A stretch of DNA of 64,000 bases from Bacillota bacterium (GCA_023395595.1 JAEWYO010000036.1:1852-65851), one strand, 5' to 3'; positions 28,604-38,010 are shown, counted from the stretch's first letter. Program-made: numbers and translations. The notes: generated by a model from the letters alone, not told the origin.

Positions 28604-28609
28604 GCATTC

Positions 28610-30016
28610 ATGCGGGATCAATATGAAAGCCCGCTGAACAGCCGCTATGCTTCCGACGAGATGCAGCGGTTGTTCTCGCCGGACATGCGATATTCCACCT
28701 GGCGCAAACTCTGGGTGAGCCTTGCCCGCGCAGAGCACGCGCTTGGGCTGCCCGTCTCCGAGGAGCAAGTTGCAGAACTGGCTGCGCATACAAACGACAT
28801 CGACTATGACGTGGTCGCCCGGCGCGAGGCTGAAGTGCGGCACGATGTGATGGCGCATGTCTACGCCTACGGGCAGGTTTGTCCGAAGGCCGCCGGCATT
28901 ATCCATCTGGGCGCAACAAGCTGCTATGTCACCGACAACGCGGACTTGATCATCCTGCGCGATGCGCTCAAGAGCATTCGCAACAGCATCTACGCGGTGC
29001 TCAACCCGCTTTCGGACTTTGCGGCACGCACAAAGGCGATTCCCACCGTCGGATACACACATTTTCAGTCCGCGCAGCCGATGACCATCGGTCGGCGTGC
29101 GTGCCTCTGGCTTCAGGATCTTTGGCTGGATCTGGAGGAGATTGAAGATACACTCTCCGCCATTCGCTTTCTGGGCTGCCGCGGGGCAACGGGCACCGAG
29201 GCGAGCTTTGTCTCCCTCTTTGGCGGGGACACACAGAAGATCGATACGCTGAACGAGCGGATTGCGTCCGATTTCGGGTTTGCGCGCTGCTATGACGTCA
29301 GCGGACAGACCTATCCGCGCAAGCTCGACAGCCGCGTGCTAAACGTTCTGTCCTCCGTAGCACAGAGCGCGTATAAGTTCGGCGACGACATCCGCCTGCT
29401 GCAGCACGACGGGATTCTCTCCGAGCCGTTTGAAAGCAAGCAGATCGGCTCCTCCGCGATGGCATACAAGCAAAACCCGATGCGCAGCGAACGCATCTGC
29501 TCACTCTCCCGTTTCGTGATCGCAACCGCGCTCAACGCGCCGCTTACCGCAAGCACCCAATGGCTGGAGCGCACGCTTGATGATTCCGCAAACCGCAGGC
29601 TCTCGCTGCCGGAAGCGTTTCTCGCGACCGACGCGGTGCTGCGCCTCATGGCAAATGTTTGCACGGGGCTAATCGTACACGAGCAGGCGAACGCAAAGAT
29701 TCTCGGCGATTCTCTGCCGTTTCTCGCGACGGAAAACCTGCTCATGGCGGGTGTTCAGCGCGGCGGAGACCGACAGGCGCTGCATGAGATCATCCGCGCG
29801 CATTCCCTCGCCGCAAAAGAGCGGCTCTCCCGCGGCGAAGGCAATGACCTTGCCGAGCGCCTCGGCAACGATCCGGCGTTTCCGCTCAGCCTTGCGGAGA
29901 TTCAGGAGCAGCTCGATCCTGCGCGGCACATCGGCCGCTCGATTGAGCAAACGGATCGCTTCCTAGCTTGCCACCCCGTGCCGGAGAGCAACCCGCTGCA
30001 AGAGATATTGGTATAA
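28610..30016 (+). CDS. purB: Adenylosuccinate lyase
   Basis: GGAGG RBS. The product begins YESPLNSRYAS and carries the fumarate-lyase signature GSSAMAYKQNP. Confidence 0.95.
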   Translation: MRDQYESPLNSRYASDEMQRLFSPDMRYSTWRKLWVSLARAEHALGLPVSEEQVAELAAHTNDIDYDVVARREAEVRHDVMAHVYAYGQVCPKAAGIIHLGATSCYVTDNADLIILRDALKSIRNSIYAVLNPLSDFAARTKAIPTVGYTHFQSAQPMTIGRRACLWLQDLWLDLEEIEDTLSAIRFLGCRGATGTEASFVSLFGGDTQKIDTLNERIASDFGFARCYDVSGQTYPRKLDSRVLNVLSSVAQSAYKFGDDIRLLQHDGILSEPFESKQIGSSAMAYKQNPMRSERICSLSRFVIATALNAPLTASTQWLERTLDDSANRRLSLPEAFLATDAVLRLMANVCTGLIVHEQANAKILGDSLPFLATENLLMAGVQRGGDRQALHEIIRAHSLAAKERLSRGEGNDLAERLGNDPAFPLSLAEIQEQLDPARHIGRSIEQTDRFLACHPVPESNPLQEILV

Positions 30017-30085
30017 CGCCATTTCAAGCGCAATGGAGGTTTCCAGAGATGGAAGCCTCTTTTTTTGTACGCATGGTTGGCGCAA

Positions 30086-30204
30086 GGGAGGCGCGGGACG
30101 AATCAAATTTCAAAATAAGAAGAAGGGTTGACTTTCCGGGAGCGCGGGCGGATCAATCCCTTGCGTTATTCAGAATGCTTGACTTTCCGGGAGCGCGGGC
30201 GGAT
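30086..30204. repeat. Direct repeats with ~51-bp period (ttgactttccgggagcgcgggcggat x2 plus a degenerate third copy)
   Basis: Identical 26-mers lie at 30128-30153 and 30179-30204. A related gggaggcgcgggacgaatcaa lies at 30086-30106. Confidence 0.8.
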
Positions 30205-30333
30205 ACTATCCGCCCCTACAGGCGGCTTGAACCGATCTTCAAACAAACGTCGTGAATGTTTGTCGTAATATCTTTCACAAATTCACCCGCCGAACAACGC
30301 GAGTTCTGTAGAGGCGGATAGCATCCGCCCGCG
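30194..30333. repeat. 28-bp inverted repeat pair, each arm itself a hairpin, flanking ~84 bp (REP/MITE-like)
   Basis: cgcgggcggatactatccgcccctacag (30194-30221) matches the reverse complement of ctgtagaggcggatagcatccgcccgcg (30306-30333) at 26 of 28 positions. Confidence 0.8.
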
Positions 30334-30477
30334 TACCCCCTCCGCCTTTCTCTTTGTTCCCATACTCATTGATCAATCAAAGATAACTATTATAATCCTT
30401 GTTTTTTCACAGGTATGATTATATAATGGGAACAAATAATAACACAATTCTTCACATCTTAAGGAAAGAATAGCAGT

Positions 30478-31416
30478 ATGAAAGCACTTCAATTGCTCGA
30501 TATCGCGATTGCGCCCGATCTGCACGAACTCACCAAACATGGAACTCCGATCTTCCCCTGCGCAGGCTATGACGAAGACCCCGGCAAATACCTTGTCGGC
30601 AATATTCCCTGGCACTGGCACGAGGAGATGGAGGTTATTCTCGCGCTGGAGGGGGACACACGCGTGCTCTGCGGCGAGACGGAATATCTCATGCAGGAAG
30701 GCGAGGCGATCTTCGTCAATACCAACGTGCTGCACAAACTCAAGCGGGGGCAAAAGAACACCCCCTGCCGGATCAACAGCCTGCTGTTTATGCCGGAGTT
30801 TGTCGCCAGTTTTCCGCAGAGCATCATTCAGCAGCGCTATATCGCGCCGCTTGTGCGCTGCTCCACACTATCCGAGGTTGTGCTGCACGGTGATGTCCCC
30901 TGGCAAGCGGAGGCGATTGGCCGATTTCGGGCGGCGTTTGACGCGTTTGTCAGCGACCGCTACGGATATGAAATTCTTGTGCAGGTAGAGCTGATGCAGA
31001 TGCTGCTGCTGATTTTGGAAAATCTTCAGGATCGTGTTTGCGACACGGAGCTGGTGCAAAACAAAGACGCCGTGCGCATCAAGCAGATGCTTGGCTACAT
31101 CCACGCGCACTATGCAGAGCCGCTCACGGTTTCGCAGATTTCCGCAGCCTCGGCCATCAGCGAGAGCGAATGCTACCGCTGTTTTCGAAAGGTGTTGGAC
31201 ACCTCTCCCATCGACTATCTGCTGCAATATCGCATCCGCGCGGCGGCGGGACTGCTCTCCACCACGGATATGAGCGTTTCGGACATCTGCTTTGCAACGG
31301 GGTTCAACAGTCCCAGCTATTTTGCAAAAGTCTTCCGGCAGGAGCTGCTCGTCAGCCCCCGCTCGTACCGCTCGACGCACCAAAGCGCAGAGACCGCCGC
31401 AAAGCACCGCTCCTGA
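30478..31416 (+). CDS. AraC family transcriptional regulator (cupin sensor + HTH)
   Basis: The N-terminus is cupin-like (WHWHEEMEVILALEG). The C-terminus has an AraC HTH (SVSDICFATGFNSPSYFAKVFR). Confidence 0.85.
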   Translation: MKALQLLDIAIAPDLHELTKHGTPIFPCAGYDEDPGKYLVGNIPWHWHEEMEVILALEGDTRVLCGETEYLMQEGEAIFVNTNVLHKLKRGQKNTPCRINSLLFMPEFVASFPQSIIQQRYIAPLVRCSTLSEVVLHGDVPWQAEAIGRFRAAFDAFVSDRYGYEILVQVELMQMLLLILENLQDRVCDTELVQNKDAVRIKQMLGYIHAHYAEPLTVSQISAASAISESECYRCFRKVLDTSPIDYLLQYRIRAAAGLLSTTDMSVSDICFATGFNSPSYFAKVFRQELLVSPRSYRSTHQSAETAAKHRS

Positions 31417-31590
31417 CCGACGCGTTTCTCCCGCGCACGGCAACGGAGCAAGAAGCTCACACCCCCGCTCAAAAACCCGCTCTGGTCATGTTGCAGTGTT
31501 ATGTGGTATGATGACAGGAAAGTATCTTGTCTGCATTCGGCTTTGGTTAAGCCGTTTTTACAGGCAAACGGTACCTCCAACATCCCTCTG

Positions 31591-31620
31591 TTGACAGACA
31601 TGCCAAAGCAGTATTATAAT
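31591..31620 (+). promoter_or_regulatory. Putative sigma-A promoter of rex
   Basis: TTGACA, an 18-nt spacer, then TATAAT, ending 28 nt upstream of the rex start. Confidence 0.5.
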
Positions 31621-31647
31621 ATCGATATAGTTTTTCGGAGGTTCGCC

Positions 31648-32301
31648 ATGGAAAAACACACCCCCGTCTCCATTTCCAAGCAAGCGCTTCAGCGCATGCC
31701 GTATTACCTGCAGGCGCTCCGCGCCGCGCGGGACACAGGCGCCGAGATCATCTCCGCGCCGACCGTTGCCGCGCAGCTCGGCTTAAACGAAGTGCAGGTA
31801 CGCAAAGATTTTGCCGCAGTGAGCGACACCGCGGGCAAACCCAAGACCGGATTTCAAACCAACGAGCTCATCGCAGCCATCGAGCGCACCCTCGGATATG
31901 ACAACTCCAACGACGCGGTGCTGGTCGGCGCGGGCAGCCTCGGTCGCGCTCTGCTCTCCTATCGCGGGTTTGAAGCGTATGGCTTGAGCATCGTCGCGGC
32001 GTTTGACGTGGACCCGAACCTCACGGGCGGAGAAATCTCCGGCAAACAGGTTCTCCCGATGGGAAAACTTTCCACCATCTGCCGCAACATGAACATCCAC
32101 ATCGGCATCATCACGGTGCCCGCGTCCCAGGCGCAGGCGGTGTGCGATGCGTTCGTCGAGAGCGGCGTGCTTGCGATTTGGAACTTTGCTCCCGTACACC
32201 TGAACACACCGGAAGGCATCCTCGTGCAAAACGAAAACATGGCGGCTTCCCTCGCGTTGCTCTCCAAGCATCTGTCGGAGCGTCTCGGCTCGAAAAAATA
32301 A
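31648..32301 (+). CDS. rex: Redox-sensing transcriptional repressor Rex
   Basis: GGAGG RBS. The sequences ISKQALQRMPYYLQAL, QVRKDFA and the Rossmann motif VLVGAGSLGRAL are present. Confidence 0.85.
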   Translation: MEKHTPVSISKQALQRMPYYLQALRAARDTGAEIISAPTVAAQLGLNEVQVRKDFAAVSDTAGKPKTGFQTNELIAAIERTLGYDNSNDAVLVGAGSLGRALLSYRGFEAYGLSIVAAFDVDPNLTGGEISGKQVLPMGKLSTICRNMNIHIGIITVPASQAQAVCDAFVESGVLAIWNFAPVHLNTPEGILVQNENMAASLALLSKHLSERLGSKK

Positions 32302-32405
32302 TCTTCGGTTCACACAAACACTTGCGCCCTTCGGGGCGCTTTTTTTGCGCGCCAAAGTAATCCCGAACGAATCTTGTTTTGATTGTGTTTTTTTCGCAAA
32401 CCGGG

Positions 32406-32455
32406 TTGACAGAGTCCTTATCCGGTGCTATATTATCGATTGTCGATTATCGATA
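32406..32455 (+). promoter_or_regulatory. Near-consensus promoter (TTGACA-17-TATATT) overlapped by an ATCGAT-based inverted/direct repeat
   Basis: TTGACA at 32406-32411 and TATATT at 32429-32434. The repeat TATCGAT-tgtcgatt-ATCGATA lies at 32434-32455, immediately upstream of the Fe-ADH gene. Confidence 0.55.
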
Positions 32456-32492
32456 TAAAATACTGATAGGTACGATGGTAAGGAGATTGCAT

Positions 32493-33668
32493 ATGTCACG
32501 TTTTACACTACCCCGCGATCTGTATCACGGAAAAGGTTCTCTTGAGGCACTCAAAACGCTCAGCGGTAAGCGGGCAATCGTCGTTGTCGGCGGCGGTTCC
32601 ATGAAGCGCTTTGGTTTTCTCGACCGCGTGGAAGCTTATCTGCGCGAGGCGGGCATGGAAGTTGAGCTTTTTGAAGGCGTTGAGCCCGATCCTTCCGTAG
32701 AAACCGTCATGCGCGGCGCAGAAGCCATGCGCAAATTCCAGCCGGACTGGATCGTCTCCATCGGCGGCGGCTCGCCGATTGACGCGGCAAAGGCCATGTG
32801 GGCGTTCTATGAATACCCCGACGTGACGTTTGAATCCCTCTGCATTCCGTTTAACTTCCCGACGCTGCGCACCAAGGCGCGTTTCTGCGCGATTCCCTCC
32901 ACCTCCGGCACAGCAACCGAAGTTACCGCATTCTCCGTGATCACGGACTATGCAAAGGGCGTGAAGTACCCGCTGGCGGACTTCAATATCACGCCGGATG
33001 TTGCGATTGTTGACCCCGACCTCGCCGAAACAATGCCCAAGAAGCTCACCGCGCATACCGGCATGGATGCGATGACCCATGCAATCGAGGCATATGTCTC
33101 CACGCTGCATTGTGACTATACCGACCCGCTTGCGCTCCATGCCATCAAGATGGTCAGCGAATACCTGATCCCGTCCTACAATGGCGACATGTCCGCACGG
33201 GCAAGCATGCACAACGCGCAGTGCCTCGCCGGCATGGCGTTCTCCAATGCGCTGCTCGGCATCGTCCACTCCATGGCGCACAAGACCGGCGCGGCGTTCA
33301 GCGGCGGGCACATCGTCCACGGCTGCGCAAACGCCATGTATCTGCCCAAGGTGATTCAGTACAACGCCAAAGATCCGGCGGCTGCCGTGCGCTATGGCGA
33401 AATCGCGGCGCATCTCGGTCTCGCGCCCACCGCGGACGCGCTGGTCAAGCACATCCGCGCGATGAACAAGGCGCTGGATATTCCGGACAGCATCAAGGAC
33501 TACGAAGGCGGCATCATCGACGAGAAAGAATTTCTCGAGAAGTTGCCCCGCGTGGCAGAGCTTGCCGTTGGCGATGCCTGCACCGGCTCCAACCCGCGCG
33601 CCATCACGCCCGCGGTCATGGAGAAGCTCTTGAAGGCCTGCTACTACGACACCACGGTAGACTTCTAA
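32493..33668 (+). CDS. Iron-containing (group III) alcohol dehydrogenase
   Basis: AGGAG RBS. The product begins MSRFTLPRDLYHGKGSLE, with GGGSPIDAAKAM and His-rich metal site motifs (HAIEAY, HSMAHKTG). Confidence 0.9.
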   Translation: MSRFTLPRDLYHGKGSLEALKTLSGKRAIVVVGGGSMKRFGFLDRVEAYLREAGMEVELFEGVEPDPSVETVMRGAEAMRKFQPDWIVSIGGGSPIDAAKAMWAFYEYPDVTFESLCIPFNFPTLRTKARFCAIPSTSGTATEVTAFSVITDYAKGVKYPLADFNITPDVAIVDPDLAETMPKKLTAHTGMDAMTHAIEAYVSTLHCDYTDPLALHAIKMVSEYLIPSYNGDMSARASMHNAQCLAGMAFSNALLGIVHSMAHKTGAAFSGGHIVHGCANAMYLPKVIQYNAKDPAAAVRYGEIAAHLGLAPTADALVKHIRAMNKALDIPDSIKDYEGGIIDEKEFLEKLPRVAELAVGDACTGSNPRAITPAVMEKLLKACYYDTTVDF

Positions 33669-33793
33669 CAAACAAATTCATTCATTGGTACGTAACCAAT
33701 TGTAACATCTTTCGCATCCGGGCTTTTCTGCTAGCCCTAAATGCGAAGAACCCTAGGTCTTCCTCACCCGATCATCGCAAGGCGATGAAACAT

Positions 33794-33828
33794 ACGAACG
33801 CCGTTTTCTGCGCGGCGTTCGTTTTTTT
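33794..33828 (+). terminator. Rho-independent terminator after the Fe-ADH gene
   Basis: ACGAACGCCG-ttttctgcg-CGGCGTTCGT followed by T7. Confidence 0.7.
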
Positions 33829-33994
33829 GCGCTCATCTTTGCGCGACGCTCTTCCCATTCGCTCGTTTTGCTTCTAAAAACCGCCTTCTGCATTCTTATA
33901 ATTTCATCTTTGCTAAATTCCGATAATTTTTCCGGTTGCCTGAGCGGGATACTACCTCTGGATACCCCTGCTCACACAAACAAAGGAGGCAACC

Positions 33995-35053
33995 ATGCAA
34001 ACAAAAGACTATTCCATTACGCTGGACATGATGCGTACGCTGCCATTTCGCCCGTTTGAGGTGGTGGAAGGCGACACGGGTAACATTCTGCACGTCACGC
34101 TGCTCAACAACGGAGACGCGATGGATCTCTCCGGCTGCAATGTCCAGATCGCGTTTGCGTCCAGCAGCGGCTTTGCGATGCAGGACGAGACGAGCGGCAT
34201 CGTAAAAACAGCGGCAATCGGCACATTTGACGTAGCCCTGCTTCCAACCGCGTACGGCGCGGGCAATGTCAGCGCGGACGTACAAGTCTACAGCGGCGCA
34301 CGCAGCGAAACCCTCGTCACCAGCACGCGCTTCGACTTCCGCTGCCGCAAGTCCCTCATCAGCGGGGATATCATCCGCGCAAACTCCGCCTATCCCCCGC
34401 TGGTTGAGGCGGCGCGCATCGCAAACGAGGCAGCGGAAGCCGCGCTTGCCGCTGCCTCGCGCATCGGTACCGACATCGGCGAACTCAATGTGCAGGCAGA
34501 CTGGAACGAAGCAAACCCCGCGCAAGATGCGTTCATCCGCAACAAACCCGCAATCCCCTCTGCGCCCGCCGACGTTGGCGCAGCCCCCGCCAACCATGCG
34601 TCGCAGCACGGGCCAGGCGGCAGCGATCCTGTTCCCCCGATTCCACACGCGGCGCGGCACGCGAGCGGCGGCGCGGACGCGCTCAACCCGGGAGACATCG
34701 GCGCGGCGCGTCTCGTCGGCGGCGTGCTCGACGCCGAGCAGAGCGCAGTCATTGTGCAGGAGCAGACCGCAAGCTACACCGCAACCCCGGCCGACAACGG
34801 CAAGGATATCTGGCTCAACAGCGGTTCTGCCGTGACGCTGACGCTGCCACCGCAGGCAAGCGCCGCATTTCCGGCCAAGACGTTTTTCTTTGTCACGCAG
34901 ATGGGTAGCGGCGCGGTCACCCTCGCGGCCGGATCGGGTGTTACGCTCCGCTCAGCGGGCGGCAGGCTGAAACTTGCGGAGCAATACACCACCGTTCTTT
35001 TGCGAAAGCTGTCGGACAACGTTTGGCTCGTCACGGGGAATCTCAGCGTATGA
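33995..35053 (+). CDS. Phage tail-fibre / baseplate upper protein (BppU N-terminal domain)-like protein
   Basis: AGGAGG RBS. The N-terminus (ITLD...FEVVEGDTGNILHVTLLNNGDAMDLSG) resembles the BppU_N fold family. A tail-fibre-type motif QADWNEANPAQDAFIRNKP and repeated HxxxHGxGGxDP-like motifs are present. Confidence 0.7.
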   Translation: MQTKDYSITLDMMRTLPFRPFEVVEGDTGNILHVTLLNNGDAMDLSGCNVQIAFASSSGFAMQDETSGIVKTAAIGTFDVALLPTAYGAGNVSADVQVYSGARSETLVTSTRFDFRCRKSLISGDIIRANSAYPPLVEAARIANEAAEAALAAASRIGTDIGELNVQADWNEANPAQDAFIRNKPAIPSAPADVGAAPANHASQHGPGGSDPVPPIPHAARHASGGADALNPGDIGAARLVGGVLDAEQSAVIVQEQTASYTATPADNGKDIWLNSGSAVTLTLPPQASAAFPAKTFFFVTQMGSGAVTLAAGSGVTLRSAGGRLKLAEQYTTVLLRKLSDNVWLVTGNLSV

Positions 35054-35838
35054 GAGAGCTGATGATGGGCTGCGTTGCGGCGAGCATTGCCGGGTTTGGC
35101 CCGGCGGATTTCACCTTCACCGGCGCCTGCACCTGGATTCAAGACAGCTCCACCAACTGGCGGTTGAAGTTTCTCTCCAGCGGGATTTTCACGCCGAAAA
35201 AGTCGCTGGTGATCGATCTGTTTCTGGTTGGCGGCGGTGGCGGCGGCGGATCGACCGGCAACAGTATTGCAGCAGCTGGCGGAGGCGGCGGAAGAACTGG
35301 CCAATGGCCGAATGCTGCACTCGTTGCGGGTCAATCGTATGCCGTAACGATAGGTGCAGGCGGCGGAGCCAGCGCCAATGGCGGCACGACTAGCTTTATC
35401 GGCGGCGTTCACAACAGCGCTGTTGCTGGCGGAATGACCCCGAATCCACGTTATGTTGGTGGCTCCGGTGGTTCCGGAGGCGGCGGCGGTGGCGGAGGAA
35501 CAGGCGGTTCCAATGGTGCAAGTGGTTCTGGTGGCATTGATGGCGTTGGTGGTGCAGGGCAAGGCTACACAACCTATGAATTTGATCATACATCCTTCAC
35601 GCTCTATGCCGGAGGTGGCGGTGGTGGTGCCGAAGGCAATAGCTGGGACCCGAATTATGGCAACGGAGGCGCGGGCGGTGGTGCTCGTGGCGGCGACCAC
35701 TATGGCGGCACGGGCTGGTCTGCGGCTGCAAACACGGGAGGTGGCGGCGGCGGTGGCGGAGCCAAGGGTGATTCCGGAATTGGCGGTGCAGGTGGCTCCG
35801 GCGGCTCCGGCATTCTGGCCATCCGCAACCACAGATAA
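35050..35838 (+). CDS. Glycine-rich protein of the type found next to phage tail fibres
   Basis: ATGA overlap with the upstream stop. The beta-rich N-terminus (FTFTGACTWIQDSSTNWRLKFLSSGIF) is followed by long GGxGG tracts. Confidence 0.65.
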   Translation: MRELMMGCVAASIAGFGPADFTFTGACTWIQDSSTNWRLKFLSSGIFTPKKSLVIDLFLVGGGGGGGSTGNSIAAAGGGGGRTGQWPNAALVAGQSYAVTIGAGGGASANGGTTSFIGGVHNSAVAGGMTPNPRYVGGSGGSGGGGGGGGTGGSNGASGSGGIDGVGGAGQGYTTYEFDHTSFTLYAGGGGGGAEGNSWDPNYGNGGAGGGARGGDHYGGTGWSAAANTGGGGGGGGAKGDSGIGGAGGSGGSGILAIRNHR

Positions 35839-35850
35839 GGAGGAAGCAAT

Positions 35851-36072
35851 ATGAATGAACCGAAAAACTACGCGTTGATTTCACCCGATGGCATCGTGGA
35901 GAACATCATCTGGCTCTGCGCGGCAAATCAAGCTGATTTCCCCAACGCGGTGTGCACGGAAAACCGCCCGGTCGCAATCGGAGATTGTTATACAGGCGGC
36001 GTGTTCACGCGCGCAGGCACGCCCGTTTTGACCGAGGAGGAGCAGGCAGCCGCGCTCGAAACCGCGCCCTAA
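35851..36072 (+). CDS. Small hypothetical protein (73 aa), third gene of the tail-fibre cassette
   Basis: AAGGAGG lies 8 nt upstream of the ATG. The product is non-repetitive. No family was recognised. Confidence 0.5.
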   Translation: MNEPKNYALISPDGIVENIIWLCAANQADFPNAVCTENRPVAIGDCYTGGVFTRAGTPVLTEEEQAAALETAP

Positions 36073-36100
36073 CACGATTCTTCCAACCACAGGCAGACAC

Positions 36101-36138
36101 AAAAAACCCGGGGAAGCGTACTTCTCCGGGTTCTGTTT
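36101..36138. terminator. Bidirectional terminator between convergent genes
   Basis: AAAAAACCCGGGGAAG-cgta-CTTCTCCGGGTTCTGTTT. Confidence 0.65.
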
Positions 36139-36182
36139 GAGTAAGGACTTTGGTTTGAATGTCTGTTGTGCGGGAAGTCGGA

Positions 36183-37574
36183 TTACTCCGCCTTCTCCTC
36201 TTCCTTCTTGCGTCCGATGGAGAGCAGAAGGTTGAGCAGAATGCCCGCGATGGCGGCGCCCGCGATGCAGGGAACCTGAATGCCGAAGAACGGGATCATA
36301 CCGCCGAACTTGTACTGTCCGCCGATGCCGATGATCATGATGACCGCGATCACGGCGATGTTGCGCGCGTCGAACATGTCGCACTTGCGATCGATCATGA
36401 TCGCGATACCCTGCGCGGCGATTGCGCCGAAGAGGAAGATTTCGATACCGCCAATGACAGCCTGCGGGATCGAGTAGATGACGTTCACAACCGGCGAGAA
36501 GAACGAGAGAATCATCGCGATGATCGCAGCCGCGATCAGAACCGCCGTGGAGAACACTTTCGTGATCGCCATGGTGCTGATGTTTTCGCCGTAGTTCGTG
36601 CCTGCCGGTCCGCCGAACAAGCTGGCGAGGATGTCGCCCAAACCGTCGCCAAAGAGGTTGGAGCCAAGACGATCGCCGATGTCATACGTTTTGCCGGTGC
36701 CCTTTTTCTTGGCAAGGTCATTGACGTAGATATCCAGCTGGAAGACATGCGCCGTGGATTCCGGAATGGTCGCGATAGCGATTGGCATAATCGCGGCGAG
36801 CGCAACCCAGTCCACTCTCGGCAGCGTGAAATGCGGAATTGCAATCACGCCCGAAATGATCTGCGTGCCTGCCATTGCGGCAGCGGGCAGTTCGCGGAAC
36901 ATGGATTCCTTGGTGATCAGCAGGACGATACCCGCCGTGATGCAGCCAACGATCGGGCCGAGCAGCAGCGGAATCTGTCCCAGGAAGCCCTTGAGATAGA
37001 CGGAGAAGAGAATGGTTGCAACGAGGGTCACGAGAGACACAACCCAAACCCAATCGGTTCCGGCGATTCCTGCCGCGCCCGCAACGGGAGCCGCATCGCC
37101 AAGGGCGTTTGCCGCCAGCGTGAGGCCGATGACCATCGCGATGGGGCCGGTGACCGTCGGGGGCAGAACCTTTTCAATCGACTTGCGGCCAAAGCGGCTG
37201 ACGATGATGCCGGCCACGATGGAGACAAGACCCGAAGCAATGATACCAAACTGCACACCGGAGATAGCGGAATCCGGCAGCACTTCGCCGAACGCCACGC
37301 CGCCCGTGAGACCGATGATGGCGGAGAGGTAGGAGAAGCTTGAACCATAGTAGAGCGGGATTTTGCGCTTTGTCACCAGAATGAAGCCGATGGTGGCAAA
37401 GCCGCTGGCGAAGATTGTCGTTGCCAGATGGAAACCGGTGAGCAATGCAACGAGGATCGTAGCCGGGAACATGACGATGATCTGCTGCAGGGCATAGAGG
37501 ATCAGTTTCCAAAATGGCGGTGTTTCGTCCGGTAGGTACCCTATGGTCTTTGGTTCTTTGGGTTCCTTTGACAT
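36183..37574 (-). CDS. Nucleobase:cation symporter-2 (NCS2) family permease (uracil/xanthine-type)
   Basis: AGGAGG RBS. The polytopic product carries LYALQQIIVMFPATILVALLTG and NCS2-like motifs (GDILASLFGGPAGTNYGENI). Confidence 0.9.
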   Translation of the reverse strand: MSKEPKEPKTIGYLPDETPPFWKLILYALQQIIVMFPATILVALLTGFHLATTIFASGFATIGFILVTKRKIPLYYGSSFSYLSAIIGLTGGVAFGEVLPDSAISGVQFGIIASGLVSIVAGIIVSRFGRKSIEKVLPPTVTGPIAMVIGLTLAANALGDAAPVAGAAGIAGTDWVWVVSLVTLVATILFSVYLKGFLGQIPLLLGPIVGCITAGIVLLITKESMFRELPAAAMAGTQIISGVIAIPHFTLPRVDWVALAAIMPIAIATIPESTAHVFQLDIYVNDLAKKKGTGKTYDIGDRLGSNLFGDGLGDILASLFGGPAGTNYGENISTMAITKVFSTAVLIAAAIIAMILSFFSPVVNVIYSIPQAVIGGIEIFLFGAIAAQGIAIMIDRKCDMFDARNIAVIAVIMIIGIGGQYKFGGMIPFFGIQVPCIAGAAIAGILLNLLLSIGRKKEEEKAE

Positions 37575-37967
37575 GTGTGAATTACCTCCTACTCATTTTT
37601 TGTGTTGCCGGGTGTTCTATGGGTGATTCGTCTGCATGCGCGTGCCTCCGTCTGCCAGCCGATGCTGGTTTGCGCACCGGTTTGCCTCCGCTTCGTGCGG
37701 CGTTGCCATCCGGCAGCGTGTCGCATCAAGCGAGCGGCGAATCAAGGCGCAAATGGCTGCGTTCTCTCGTTCGGCTGTGTTCTGGTACGCGCGCAGCAAC
37801 CGAATTCCGGTTGCGTTTGGGTCATTTGCATCATCTCCCGCTTGAGCGATCCCATTGCCTCGCAAGGAGATCGATGCCGCCTCTTTGTTCCGTTTTTCGT
37901 TTCGTCTTTCGCGGAACATCGTGCGATCGTTATGCTTCATGAAACGATTCGCAAGTTTTTCGGCACG

Positions 37968-38010
37968 AAAAACAGAAACTGCGCGATTGCGGTGAAACTT
38001 GCAATCGCAG
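37968..38010 (-). terminator. Rho-independent terminator (or attenuator) inside the long intergenic gap
   Basis: On the minus strand, CTGCGATTGC-aagtttcacc-GCAATCGCGCAG is followed by TTTCTGTTTTT. Confidence 0.6.

Noticed and set aside
34774-35832. A 352-aa minus-strand ORF, plus several other ORFs, over the glycine-rich gene.
   Set aside because: These are by-products of the GGN-rich repeat sequence, which stays open in several frames. Only the plus-strand frame has an RBS, an ATGA coupling and a structured N-terminal domain.
33995-36072. Calling the tail-fibre cassette, or the XRE/ImmA pair at 60778-61671, a prophage or an ICE.
   Set aside because: No integrase, recombinase, capsid, portal, terminase, tail tube, lysis or conjugation gene is present in the window. 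Both loci are flanked directly by chromosomal metabolic genes and terminators. They are reported only as isolated modules.
36159-37343. A 394-aa plus-strand ORF opposite the NCS2 permease gene.
   Set aside because: The product is highly charged (Arg/Asp-rich) and overlaps a permease gene with unmistakable transporter features.
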